Of a stretch of 64,000 nucleotides of DNA, positions 22,548 through 32,333 are shown in pieces. Source of the stretch: Terriglobia bacterium (GTDB taxonomy: Bacteria; Acidobacteriota; Terriglobia; 20CM-2-55-15); the NCBI GenBank assembly GCA_965198225.1, contig CBDAOY010000008.1, forward strand, positions 1,056,001 to 1,120,000. Direction: 5' to 3'. Position 1 is the first letter of the stretch; each line of letters opens with the position of its first letter. The position numbers were made by a program, and so were the translations under genes. The notes below the pieces were generated by a model, which worked only from the letters and a program-made list of their open reading frames with translations, did no database searches and was not told where the DNA came from.

Positions 22548-22730
22548 GTGTAGGTGCGGTCTATGAGCGGAACCATTCATTAGCGTCGGGCCCACCGTCC
22601 CCCTCTCGGCGAGAGTTTGAGCGTTCGAGTACCGATCGCAGCGCACGGCTGTCTGGAGAAAGACAGCTGGTCCGGTCCCCCCACGCTCCCTCAAATTGGA
22701 ACACTTCGCGGTCATAGACCGCACCTACAC
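22548..22730. repeat. inverted pair of GTAG-type REP elements (REPIN-like)
   Basis: gtgtaggtgcggtctatgagc... and gcggtcatagaccgcacctacac. Confidence 0.75.
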
Positions 22731-23465
22731 GAGTCGGGCGTAGATGTCGCCCGACGACACGCCGCCCGCGCCTTCGTCCAGCCAGGACGCAATGCCTTTA
22801 CGCCGGATCCAAGCCTCGAATACGAATTTCCTGCCCTCGCCGGCAATGGCGTTGAATTCATAAGCTCCAAGCTCATCGAGGCGACCGATGCAGGCGGCCG
22901 CCACCTCCAGGCCTCCGGAAACGAACTCCACCGATACCCCTGGTATTGGATGGGTGAGTCCGGCCAGGACGTCGGCCTCGTACCCTTCCACATCGATCTT
23001 GCAAAAACTCGGGACGCCGTAGATCGCGATGAGGGCGTCCAGCGTCGTGACAGGGACCTCCACAGCGTCGTCCCAGCGGACCTTTCGGAAACCGGGATTG
23101 ATCTCGGAAAGCTTCTTCCGCCAGGCCTCGGCCAGCGTGGAAACCGTGGGCGTTCGCCTGCTGACTGCGAGCCAACCGGTCCCCATGACGCGGCCCACCG
23201 CCTCGGCCCGAACTATTATCCGGTCGTTCCGTCCCACGAGTCGCCGGAGCCAGGGCACGACCTGGGGCTGCGGCTCCAGGGCCACCACGCGGGCGCCCAG
23301 GGCCGCGAATGCCACCGAACGGTCGCCCAGGTGGGCACCCACGTCGAACACCAGGTCGCCCGCCGCAACCAGCGGGCGATAGAGTCGACGCAGCGCCTTC
23401 TGACGCCCTGGACGCCAGTAGACGATCAGCGATCGAAGTAGCCCGAACCATTCAGCAGTCGACAC
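22725..23465 (-). CDS. FkbM-family methyltransferase
   Basis: VFDVGAHLGD, ALEPQP, KIDVEGYE. Confidence 0.9.
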   Translation of the reverse strand: MSTAEWFGLLRSLIVYWRPGRQKALRRLYRPLVAAGDLVFDVGAHLGDRSVAFAALGARVVALEPQPQVVPWLRRLVGRNDRIIVRAEAVGRVMGTGWLAVSRRTPTVSTLAEAWRKKLSEINPGFRKVRWDDAVEVPVTTLDALIAIYGVPSFCKIDVEGYEADVLAGLTHPIPGVSVEFVSGGLEVAAACIGRLDELGAYEFNAIAGEGRKFVFEAWIRRKGIASWLDEGAGGVSSGDIYARLV

Positions 23466-23549
23466 GTAATCTCAGATCTCGACTCTCCAAGGGCGGCCGT
23501 CTTTCCGTTGAAACGCCATACCGCTCGGTTATCTCACACGCATATGCAA

Positions 23550-25187
23550 CTACCGGTTCGCTGCATCCGGACCGGCGCCAGGTTCGCTGAATGCCCGTAT
23601 GAACCAATCACGAAAAGCATCCATGCCCGGCGGCGGCCGGTCCGGGTCAGGGAGCGCCCCTCTCCGGAATCCCCAGTCCAGGAACGGCCCTACCAGTGCC
23701 GGATCCCGGCTGATCACGTGCACGGGCACGGCTCGGCTGGCACCATCACCGATGATCAACGGCGCCGCCTGGTGGTCGCCGAGCACGATGAGCAAGGTTC
23801 CCTCCTCGACGTAACGCTCGGCGTAACTGGTCATCGTGTGGAGCGCATAGTCCACAGACAGAGCATACTGCTCGCGCACGCGGTCCATGTCCCGCCAGAG
23901 CTGGTCCGGGAGCTCTCCGGCGTTTTCCCACGTCGCGAAGATCGAACCATCGCCAATACTGTCCCAGTCATCCAGCACGGGCAGGATCGGCGTCCAGGGG
24001 GCGTGACTGCTGATCAGCCCGACCTCGGCGAACACGGGCCTCATATCGCCGGCATCAGACGCCCGGATCGCGCGCTCCAGAAACGACCACGTAAACTGAT
24101 CCGGCATCGTGACCCAGTTCAGGGCTGGCCCCGAGTAGTCGATATTCTGATGGACAAAGATCTGGTCGTAGCCTAACCGCTGTCCCTCGGGCCACGCCAA
24201 CGTGATCGCCGGCATCAGGACAGCAGTGCGATGCCCCGCACGGCGGAAGTCGTCGATGAGCGTTTCGCGGCCGCTCGCCAGCATCAAGTCGTAGCGCAAC
24301 TGATTGTCCAGCCACAACCCACTGAACAGCGACCCGTGCGAAAACCAGGACTGCCCGCCCTGGGTCGGTGCCACCAGCGTACCGGTCGTCAAGTGCAGGC
24401 CCGCGGCCGCCATCCGCCTCTCCAGAACATCCAAACGGGACAGGATTACGGGCGAGAAGCGAGGATCGTAGAGGACCGACACGCCATAGGATTCGATGAA
24501 GGCCAGGACTACATCCTGGTCGGCCAGCTTGCCGAGGAGCCCCGGCTCATCGGCGTAGGCGTCCGGCACGGCCGCCATTTCGGCAGTGAAGCTCTCCCTT
24601 TCCTCCAACATCCGCAAGAAGTGCCGGGTCTGATCCGTTACGATCCGGACGGCGGGCAACGTGATCCGTTCGGTGAACCCGGGCGTTTGTTCGCCCACCA
24701 GCCCGACGGCAAAGAGACCGATCATCGCCAGTCCCGCTAGGCGGACGCCCCTTTTCGGCGAATGGACCTCGACGGGCGAGAACAGGTAGGCTAGGATCAG
24801 GATCAAGAGGGAGGCACCCAGCGTCAGGCCCAGCGTGAACAACACCGCCGCCGCCGCACCCAGCGCCCCGTTCAGCAGCTTGTAGACGGCGCTCACCAGA
24901 TGCAGATCAAGGTAGAGATTCAACGGCCGACCCACGCTTTGCCGGGTCACGGTATCGGCGAACGCCACCACGCTCAGCAACACCAGCACGGTGGCGGTGC
25001 CCGCCGCCAGCGCCGCACTCCAACGCTTGACCGACATCAAAGCAAACAGCCCGACGACCAACAGCGATTCGAGGGCGACCCAGCCCGGACCCAGGCTGCG
25101 TGTCAGCAGCCACTGCGGAGCCAGCAACAAGCCGTTGAGGAGAAAAAGGGCGATCATCAGGTTCTTTGCGGGCACACTCATCAGCAT
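23550..25187 (-). CDS. membrane-anchored sulfatase/alkaline-phosphatase-superfamily protein (LtaS/OpgB-like architecture)
   Basis: About 5 N-terminal TM helices, then FIESYG, PTQGGQSW, SSHAPW and GDHQ metal motifs; start uncertain. Confidence 0.75.
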   Translation of the reverse strand: MLMSVPAKNLMIALFLLNGLLLAPQWLLTRSLGPGWVALESLLVVGLFALMSVKRWSAALAAGTATVLVLLSVVAFADTVTRQSVGRPLNLYLDLHLVSAVYKLLNGALGAAAAVLFTLGLTLGASLLILILAYLFSPVEVHSPKRGVRLAGLAMIGLFAVGLVGEQTPGFTERITLPAVRIVTDQTRHFLRMLEERESFTAEMAAVPDAYADEPGLLGKLADQDVVLAFIESYGVSVLYDPRFSPVILSRLDVLERRMAAAGLHLTTGTLVAPTQGGQSWFSHGSLFSGLWLDNQLRYDLMLASGRETLIDDFRRAGHRTAVLMPAITLAWPEGQRLGYDQIFVHQNIDYSGPALNWVTMPDQFTWSFLERAIRASDAGDMRPVFAEVGLISSHAPWTPILPVLDDWDSIGDGSIFATWENAGELPDQLWRDMDRVREQYALSVDYALHTMTSYAERYVEEGTLLIVLGDHQAAPLIIGDGASRAVPVHVISRDPALVGPFLDWGFRRGALPDPDRPPPGMDAFRDWFIRAFSEPGAGPDAANR

Positions 25188-26864
25188 GGCCGGCGTTCTC
25201 CGGGCCGAAAAGCCGTCACGCGCTGTCTCCTCATCGCTCCCCTCTCGCTGATCTTGTTAGTTGCCGTGGCGTGTGACTCCACCACCGAGCGGAACACAAC
25301 AGTACCCCAGCCAGACCCGGACGCCAACCCACCACCGGCCGCCGATCCGTACGCGGCCGGATCATCGACTTCCCCACCATCGCCGGTGACCCCGGCGACC
25401 CTGTTCGATCACGTCACCGAGCGAGCACGCAGCCTGGCACGGAACGCGTACTGGGCTCAAGATGCGGCTCTGCCCACAGCGGTCGAGAGCATGGATTATG
25501 AGCAGTATCGATCAATCCGTTTCCGTCCCGAAGCCGCCGTCTGGCACGATGAGACGCCGTTCGAGGTCCAGCTGTTTCATCCAGGATCCCTGTACCGGGA
25601 GACCGTCCGGATTCACCTTGTGCACGACCAGAAGATCGCCGCGCTTCGCTTCGACAAGAGCCGGTTCAGCTACGACGGCGCGGCGGCATCGGTGGCCGAC
25701 GCGGTCGGACCCGAGCTGGGTTACGCCGGATTTCGAATACACTACCCGCTTAACAGCACCGCCATCAAGGACGAGGTCGTGGTGTTCCTCGGAACCTCCT
25801 ACTTCCGGCTGCTGGGGAGGGGGCATGTCTACGGGCTCTCATCGCGAGGCCTGGCTGTCGATATCGCCGTGGAAAGCGGTGAGGAATTCCCTTCGTTCAG
25901 GGAGTTCTGGCTGGTCCGACCGGCGCCCGACGCCACGAAAGTCACCCTCTACGCCCTGCTCGACAGCCCGTCGGTAACGGGCGCATATCACTTCGATCTC
26001 GAGCCGGGTGCCACCACCACGTTGGAGGTCGATGCACGCCTGTTTGCACGACGCGATATCGCCAAACTCGGCGTGGCACCCCTGAGCACCATGTTTCTGT
26101 ATGGTCCGAACCGGACCCCGGCATTCGATGATTTCCGACCCCAGGTGCACGACTCCGATGGCCTGTTGATGCATACGGGGGCCGGGGAATGGATCTGGCG
26201 GCCGCTCAGCAACGGACCGGGACTGCAAGTGACGTCACTCCGCGATGTCAACCCGCGGGGGTTCGGCCTCGTGCAGCGAGACCGCGATTTCGCGAGCTAC
26301 CTCGACCTCGAGGCCAACTACCATCGCCGTCCCAGCGAATGGGTCGCCCTCGGAGAGGGCGATTGGGGCAGCGGCGGCGTCGAACTGCTGGTGATCCCCA
26401 CCAACTCCGAGTTCAACGACAACATCGCCGCCTACTGGGTCCCCGACCGGCCCTTCATGGCGGGCGAGGAACGACGTTATCAGTACCGCCTGATGACATT
26501 CGACGGCCGGTTCGAAGCGCAGACACTCGGCCAGGTCGAACGCGCACGCATCGGCTGGGATGCTCTTCCCGGTCAGAGCGACCCGCCGCCTTCGAGCCAG
26601 CGCCGGTTCATCGTGGACTTTGCGGGTGGAGAAATGACCTCGCTCGAGGGCACCGAGCCGGTCGAAGCTCGTTTGGAAGCCTCCGCCGGGCAGACTTCTG
26701 ATCTGGTTGTACAGCCATTGCCCGACGGCCAGGGATGGCGTGTCGCTTTCCGGCTTGCTCCAGCCGGTAATCAACCCGCCGACATGCGCCTGTACCTGAT
26801 GCTGGATGGCCGTCCGCTGACCGAAACCTGGAGCTATGTCTGGTATCCCGACCGTGTCCAGTGA
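25186..26864 (+). CDS. opgG: periplasmic glucan biosynthesis protein OpgG/OpgD family (probable lipoprotein; start unclear, possible 1-bp indel near 25210)
   Basis: YEQYRSIRF, FLGTSYFR, YGLSSRGLA, EEFPSFREFW, QVHDSDGL, FNDNIAAYW, TETWSY. Confidence 0.88.
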
Positions 26865-26865
26865 C

Positions 26866-28680
26866 ATGCTGAATCCGAACCCGACAGGACGCTTCCGGCC
26901 GCCGCTGCCACGGCTGCGCCGCGGGCTGTTCTTCGGGCTGGTATCCGGCACCACTGTAGTCGGTATCAGCATGATGCTCGACATCGTGCAGGCCCACGGC
27001 ATCAATGCTCTGGAAATCGTCGTTCTGGCACTGTTTGCGGTGACCTTCAGCTGGATCTCCCTTCCTTTTTGGAACGCAGTCATCGGATTCGCACTGATCG
27101 TGCTGCGATGCGACCCTTTGTCCCTCCGTCGAGCGATGGCACGGAACCCGAATCCAACGATCGCGGGCCGAACCGCGCTGGTCATGCCGGCACACAACGA
27201 AGACCCCGAACGGATCATGAGCGGCCTGGCCGCCGTGCTGCGCTCGCTGACCGGTACCGGTCTCGCTGACCGGTTCGACCTGCACCTCCTGAGCGACACG
27301 ACCGATCCAACTCTCGCCCGGGCAGAAGAGGTCGCGTGGACAAACTTACAGCAGGAACTGGGCCGTTCGGCCGGCCTTTACTACCGACGCCGCTCGGCAA
27401 ACATCGGTCGCAAGGCCGGCAACATCGCAGACTTCTGCGAGCGCCGGGGTGGGGACTACGATTTCATGGTGGTGCTGGATGCCGACAGCGTCATGAGCGG
27501 GTCAACGTTGGTCGAACTGGTGCGCACGATGGAGGCCAACCCGCGCATCGGGCTGATCCAGACGGTGCCCATTCCGGCCCGGCGGGATACGCTGTTCGGC
27601 CGTCTGGTTCAGTTCGCCGCCAGCCTCTACAGTCCGATGCTGGCGACGGGCCAAACTTTCTGGCAAACCGATGCAGCCAATTACTGGGGGCACAACGCCA
27701 TCATCCGGGTCGGACCGTTTGTCGAGCACTGTAAGCTGCCGGTGCTCCCCGGCAAACCCCCTCTCGGTGGCCCGATCCTGAGCCATGACTTCGTCGAGGC
27801 GGCCCTGATGCGCCGGGCCGGCTGGAGTGTATTCCTGCTAGCGTCGATCGGCGGCAGTTACGAAGAGGTGCCTGCCAACATCCTGGACTACGCTAAACGC
27901 GACCGCCGATGGACCCAGGGCAGCCTGCAGCACCTGCGACTTTTGCGGGCCCGTGGCCTGCACGCGTTGAGCCGTCTGCATTTTCTGCTGGGAGCGCTGG
28001 GCTACGTCGCATCGTTGTTGTGGCTGCTGATGCTGCTGGCCAGTACGGCCTACATCGCGCTCCCCTCATTCGGGATGGCCACTCTTCTTGATGGCTATTC
28101 AGCGTTGCCGGAATGGTCAATGCCCTGGGCGGCGGCGAGCCGGATCCTCCCATTGCTGGGCGTCACCATCGCCATGCTGTTCGTCCCCAAGCTACTCGGT
28201 GTGATCCTCGCGCTTGTCCATCAGCGGCGGTCATTCGGTGGAGCCAGGCACTTGTTGCTCAGCGCCCTGCTCGAGTGCCTGTTCGCGGTGGCAGTCGCGC
28301 CTGTGATGATGATGTATCACAGCCGCTTTGTCCTGAGCGTGCTGGGCGGCCGTGACATCCGGTGGGATCCTCCAGTGCGCGAAGCGCGTGTGGTTCCGTG
28401 GCCGGAAGCCTGGCGTAAGACTGCGGCAACCACTGGGTTCGGGCTGGCCTGGGCGGGGCTGACGCTGTACAGCAGCCCGACCTTTTTCCTCTGGCTGACA
28501 CCGATCTTTACAGGTCTCCTCCTGGCCGCTCCGCTGGTTCGATGGACCAGCAGCCGGACTCTGGGTCAATGGGCCCGGCGTCGAGGGCTCTTCCTCGTAC
28601 CGTCCGAGACGGCCGCCCCTCCGGAGTTGAAAGCGTCACCCGAGGGCATCGTCCGGTTGGCGGGACAACCCGCGGACTAG
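26866..28680 (+). CDS. opgH: glucan biosynthesis glucosyltransferase OpgH/MdoH
   Basis: LLSDT, RKAGNIADF, VLDADSVM, NYWGHNAIIR, LSHDFVEAA, RDRRWTQG. Confidence 0.93.
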   Translation: MLNPNPTGRFRPPLPRLRRGLFFGLVSGTTVVGISMMLDIVQAHGINALEIVVLALFAVTFSWISLPFWNAVIGFALIVLRCDPLSLRRAMARNPNPTIAGRTALVMPAHNEDPERIMSGLAAVLRSLTGTGLADRFDLHLLSDTTDPTLARAEEVAWTNLQQELGRSAGLYYRRRSANIGRKAGNIADFCERRGGDYDFMVVLDADSVMSGSTLVELVRTMEANPRIGLIQTVPIPARRDTLFGRLVQFAASLYSPMLATGQTFWQTDAANYWGHNAIIRVGPFVEHCKLPVLPGKPPLGGPILSHDFVEAALMRRAGWSVFLLASIGGSYEEVPANILDYAKRDRRWTQGSLQHLRLLRARGLHALSRLHFLLGALGYVASLLWLLMLLASTAYIALPSFGMATLLDGYSALPEWSMPWAAASRILPLLGVTIAMLFVPKLLGVILALVHQRRSFGGARHLLLSALLECLFAVAVAPVMMMYHSRFVLSVLGGRDIRWDPPVREARVVPWPEAWRKTAATTGFGLAWAGLTLYSSPTFFLWLTPIFTGLLLAAPLVRWTSSRTLGQWARRRGLFLVPSETAAPPELKASPEGIVRLAGQPAD

Positions 28681-28770
28681 GAGATTTCGTCATTCGAGAT
28701 TTTGACATTGGAGATTGAAGATTGAGGCCGATGTGAAATCTCAAATCTACAATTTGGAATTTCCAATCCT
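28681..28770. repeat. degenerate 7-bp-periodic inverted repeat tract
   Basis: gagattt/gacattg/gagattg/aagattg units mirrored by aaatctc/aaatcta/aatttgg; a similar tract lies at ~13120-13210. Confidence 0.5.
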
Positions 28771-28779
28771 CGCCGTTGA

Positions 28780-29802
28780 TCAACCAACGGCGAGGTAGTC
28801 CTGTCCTCGTTTCCAGCCACGCTGCCCGAGCCCCGACGCCACTTCGTCGCGCGCTCCGTGACGCGTCACATAGATCAGCACGAACGGCCTGGGCCGCGCG
28901 CCCTCGAGCCATTCCGGCGATTCGACAGGAATGCCCCAGACGGTATGCCCGATTTTCCTGGGGTCGATGTCGATCCAGGCCGTAGGTGCGACGCCGCGGT
29001 CGATGACGAGCCGGGCCCTCTGGCGGGTTCGGCGCCCGGCACCCCAGACCACCACCGGTCGTCCCCCAGCCAGGCGCGAATCGCTTGCCAGGTAGCTGGC
29101 CCGAAGCCGGTCGAAGGACTCGCGCGAGTACCGATCATCCACCCGTGAGACCCGATCCGGTCGCTCGCGCCACGAGAGCAACACTTCCGGAAGCTTGGCC
29201 ATCCGGATCCCCTGTTGATTCATCCGAAGCCACAGATCGTAGTCTTCAGGGAAGTCCCCTTCCGAGTAGCCACCCATGCGTTCCACCGTCGACAGACGCA
29301 TCATGACCGAAGGGTGGGCGAACGGGGATTCGACATAGATGTTGTCGGCAATCTCGTCGGGTTCGATGCAGGAGTTCTGCCACCGGATGTACTCGCGGTA
29401 GCCGGCTCGAATCGATTCGATCGGAAACAATTCCACCCGACACCCCACGACTGCCACCCCCGGGTTCTTCTTCAGGAAGTCCGACTGCAGTTCCAGCCTT
29501 CGCGGGTCCATGATGTCGTCGGCATCCATCCGGGCGACGAACCGGGACCGTGCCCGTGCGAACCCAGTATTCAGGGCGCCGACGATTCCGCGTTTCTCCG
29601 TAGGAACGAGAATCACACGCGAGTCGACTCTCGATCGTTCCGCTAGAATTTCCGTTGAACCATCCGAAGAGCCGTCGTCGACGGCGATCAGTTCGAACGC
29701 CGTCAGGGTCTGTTGCCGGATCGAATCCAGGCAGTCGTCGAGGGTGTCGGCGGCGTTGCGGAACGGAAGGACGATGGAGACTTCCGGCGGCAAGGGGCTC
29801 AA
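28780..29802 (-). CDS. glycosyltransferase family 2
   Basis: VDDGSSD, ARMDADD, AHPSVM, PEDYDLWLR. Confidence 0.9.
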   Translation of the reverse strand: MSPLPPEVSIVLPFRNAADTLDDCLDSIRQQTLTAFELIAVDDGSSDGSTEILAERSRVDSRVILVPTEKRGIVGALNTGFARARSRFVARMDADDIMDPRRLELQSDFLKKNPGVAVVGCRVELFPIESIRAGYREYIRWQNSCIEPDEIADNIYVESPFAHPSVMMRLSTVERMGGYSEGDFPEDYDLWLRMNQQGIRMAKLPEVLLSWRERPDRVSRVDDRYSRESFDRLRASYLASDSRLAGGRPVVVWGAGRRTRQRARLVIDRGVAPTAWIDIDPRKIGHTVWGIPVESPEWLEGARPRPFVLIYVTRHGARDEVASGLGQRGWKRGQDYLAVG

Positions 29803-31127
29803 CCGACCGCGATGTAGCGGATCAGGAACAGTGCGGTGAACAGCCAGATCATCCAGTGCAGCTGCCGGTAGCGTCCCGAGACCAGACTGAGGATCACATA
29901 GCTGATGAAGCCGAATGCGATCCCGTCGGTGATGCTGAAGGTGAACGGAATGACGGTGATCGTGATGAAGGCCGGGATGTATTCATGGGGATCGTCCCAG
30001 GCGATGTGACCGACGTTGCGCATCATGAAAGCGCCCACGATGATCAGCGCCGGCGCAACGGTCGGGTACAGCATCAACCCGGACTCTGAAGGGTGTCCTT
30101 CTCCGATCATGCGCGCCAGCGGAGCGAAGAAGAGCGCGAGCAGAAACATGCCCGCCGTCACCAGGTTCGCAAGACCCGTACGCGCGCCTTCGGCGACACC
30201 AGTCGCGCTCTCGATGTAGCTGACTACGGTTGAATTGCCGATCACGCCCGATGCCGTCGTCCCGATTGCATCGGCCAGGAGCGCTTCCCGCACACGCGGC
30301 AGACGGCCGTTCTTCATGAAACCGCCCTGCTGGGCGATGCCGATCAACGATCCGATGCTGTCGAACAGATCGAGAAAGAAGAATACGAAGATTACCGGGA
30401 TCGCACCCAGGCTCAGGGCACCGACCACGTCCAACTCGAACGCGACGGCGGCCGGGGAGGGCGGCGGGGCAAAGACTCCGTTGAAACGGACCACGCCCAC
30501 GATCAGGCCGATCGCGGTGCTCGTCAGGATGCCGAAGAGGATAGCGCCCCGGACTCCGGCGACGAGCAGAACCGCGGTCACCAGTATGCCGGCAGTCGAC
30601 ATCCACACAGCCGGCTGCCCGAGGTCGCCCAGCGTGACCAGGGTTGCGGGATTGCCGGCTACGAACCCACCCCACTCGAGCCCGACCAGCGTGATCAGCA
30701 ACCCGATGCCGACCGCGATACCGTGTTTGAGCGATGCCGGTATGCTCTCGATCAACGCCTCCCGGATGCCCCAGAGCGACATGACCAGAAAGAGAACACC
30801 CGATATGAAGACGGCCCCCAGCGCCACCTGCCACGAGTAGCCCATCGTGCCCACCACGGTAAATGCAAAGAAGAAATTGTGTCCCATCGCCGGCGCCACA
30901 GCGATCGGATAGTTCGCGAGGAACGCCATCAGGAGTGTTCCGAATGCGCTGATCAGGCAAGTCGCGGCAAGGACGGCATCGAAGTCCATGCCGGTCGTGC
31001 TCATCACGGCCGGCTGGACGAAGATGATGTAGGACATCGTCATGAACGTCGTCAGCCCGCCCAATCCCTCGATGCGGATCGTCGTCTGGTTCTCCTTCAG
31101 CCGGAAGAGCTTTTCGATACGTCCCAT
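29799..31127 (-). CDS. NCS2/AzgA-family purine permease
   Basis: TTFMTMSYII, APAMGHN, SYIESATG, GARTGL, PFTFSITDG. Confidence 0.92.
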   Translation of the reverse strand: MGRIEKLFRLKENQTTIRIEGLGGLTTFMTMSYIIFVQPAVMSTTGMDFDAVLAATCLISAFGTLLMAFLANYPIAVAPAMGHNFFFAFTVVGTMGYSWQVALGAVFISGVLFLVMSLWGIREALIESIPASLKHGIAVGIGLLITLVGLEWGGFVAGNPATLVTLGDLGQPAVWMSTAGILVTAVLLVAGVRGAILFGILTSTAIGLIVGVVRFNGVFAPPPSPAAVAFELDVVGALSLGAIPVIFVFFFLDLFDSIGSLIGIAQQGGFMKNGRLPRVREALLADAIGTTASGVIGNSTVVSYIESATGVAEGARTGLANLVTAGMFLLALFFAPLARMIGEGHPSESGLMLYPTVAPALIIVGAFMMRNVGHIAWDDPHEYIPAFITITVIPFTFSITDGIAFGFISYVILSLVSGRYRQLHWMIWLFTALFLIRYIAVG

Positions 31128-31175
31128 GATTTCATGCGGGTGGGAGTGCGCCCTGGCCGCGGCTCCCGGACCCAC

Positions 31176-32303
31176 TAGTGGCCTGTAACGTTGAAAGTGG
31201 GACCAGTAATGTCCCTGCGTTGAGTTAACGTTCGTGCATGACCTATACAGCTGTGCGAGTGACGCCGAAAGTCGAGCGGGAACTGCAAAGACGAGTGCGC
31301 TCCCGAGCGCTGCGGGCCGATGATGTGCGACGGGCTCGTTTGATACTGATGCTTGCCGACGGTCAGTCGTTCTCGGTGATCCGTGAAGCGCTGGGCTGTA
31401 ACCGCAGCTACATCACGCGATGGAAGAACCGATTTCTCGAAGACGGATTGTCGGGGTTGTACTCGCGACATGCGGGCCGAGCAGTGGAAAAACGAACGCC
31501 GAAGATGGAGGCTCGAATACTGGCGTGGACAAGCAAGCCGCCGCCGGATGGATCCACGCACTGGAGTAGCCGCAAGTTGGCCGCTCATCTGGGAACGACT
31601 CACATGATGGTCGCCCGGGTTTGGAAACGCGCCGGACTGCAACCCCACCGAATCGAGCGCTACATGGCTTCCAACGATCCGGACTTTGAGAAGAAAGCGG
31701 CCGATATCATCGGACTCTACGTCAATCCGCCGCAGCATGCGGCCGTCTTTTGCGTCGATGAAAAGACGGCTATCCAAGCCTTGGACCGTTTGGTTCCGGT
31801 GCTTCCGCTTTCTCCGGGCCGTGCGGAACGTCACGGCTTCGAGTATTTCCGCCATGGGACGCTCTCGCTCTATGCGGCGCTGAATACGAAGACCGGGGAG
31901 GTTGTCGGCAAAACGGCCCCACGCCACACCAGCGAAGAGTTCGTGGCTTTCCTGGCGGATCTGCTGGTTCACCAACCACCGAACAAGGAGATTCACGTTA
32001 TCGCTGATAACCTTTCCGCTCACAAGACCAAGCGAGTCCGGCAATTCCTCACCGATCATCCCCACGTTCACATTCACTACACGCCGACCTACTCGTCCTG
32101 GTTGAACCAAGTCGAACTCTGGTTTGCGAAGATCGAGCGGGATGTCATCGTCCGCGGCATCTTCACTTCCGTTAAAGATCTGGCTCGCAAGCTCATGCGA
32201 TACGTTCGTCATTACAACAAACAACCTAAACCCATAAAGTGGACCTATCGGGACGCCTCCAAGCGAATTCTCCCGGACCCGATTTAACTGTTACAGGTCA
32301 CTA
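31176..32303 (+). mobile_element. IS630-family insertion sequence
   Basis: Terminal IRs TAGTGGCCTGTAAC / GTTACAGGTCACTA, each end in a CTAG context (TA target duplication). Confidence 0.92.
31238..32287 (+). CDS. IS630 DDE transposase
   Basis: HTH region, VDEK, ADNLSAHK, SSWLNQVELWF. Confidence 0.95.
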   Translation: MTYTAVRVTPKVERELQRRVRSRALRADDVRRARLILMLADGQSFSVIREALGCNRSYITRWKNRFLEDGLSGLYSRHAGRAVEKRTPKMEARILAWTSKPPPDGSTHWSSRKLAAHLGTTHMMVARVWKRAGLQPHRIERYMASNDPDFEKKAADIIGLYVNPPQHAAVFCVDEKTAIQALDRLVPVLPLSPGRAERHGFEYFRHGTLSLYAALNTKTGEVVGKTAPRHTSEEFVAFLADLLVHQPPNKEIHVIADNLSAHKTKRVRQFLTDHPHVHIHYTPTYSSWLNQVELWFAKIERDVIVRGIFTSVKDLARKLMRYVRHYNKQPKPIKWTYRDASKRILPDPI

Positions 32304-32333
32304 GTATGCCAATCGATCTTTCGGAGCACTCCC

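Noticed and set aside
31175-32224. 349-aa ORF antisense to the IS630 transposase
   Set aside because: Fully overlaps the transposase; no independent motifs or RBS.
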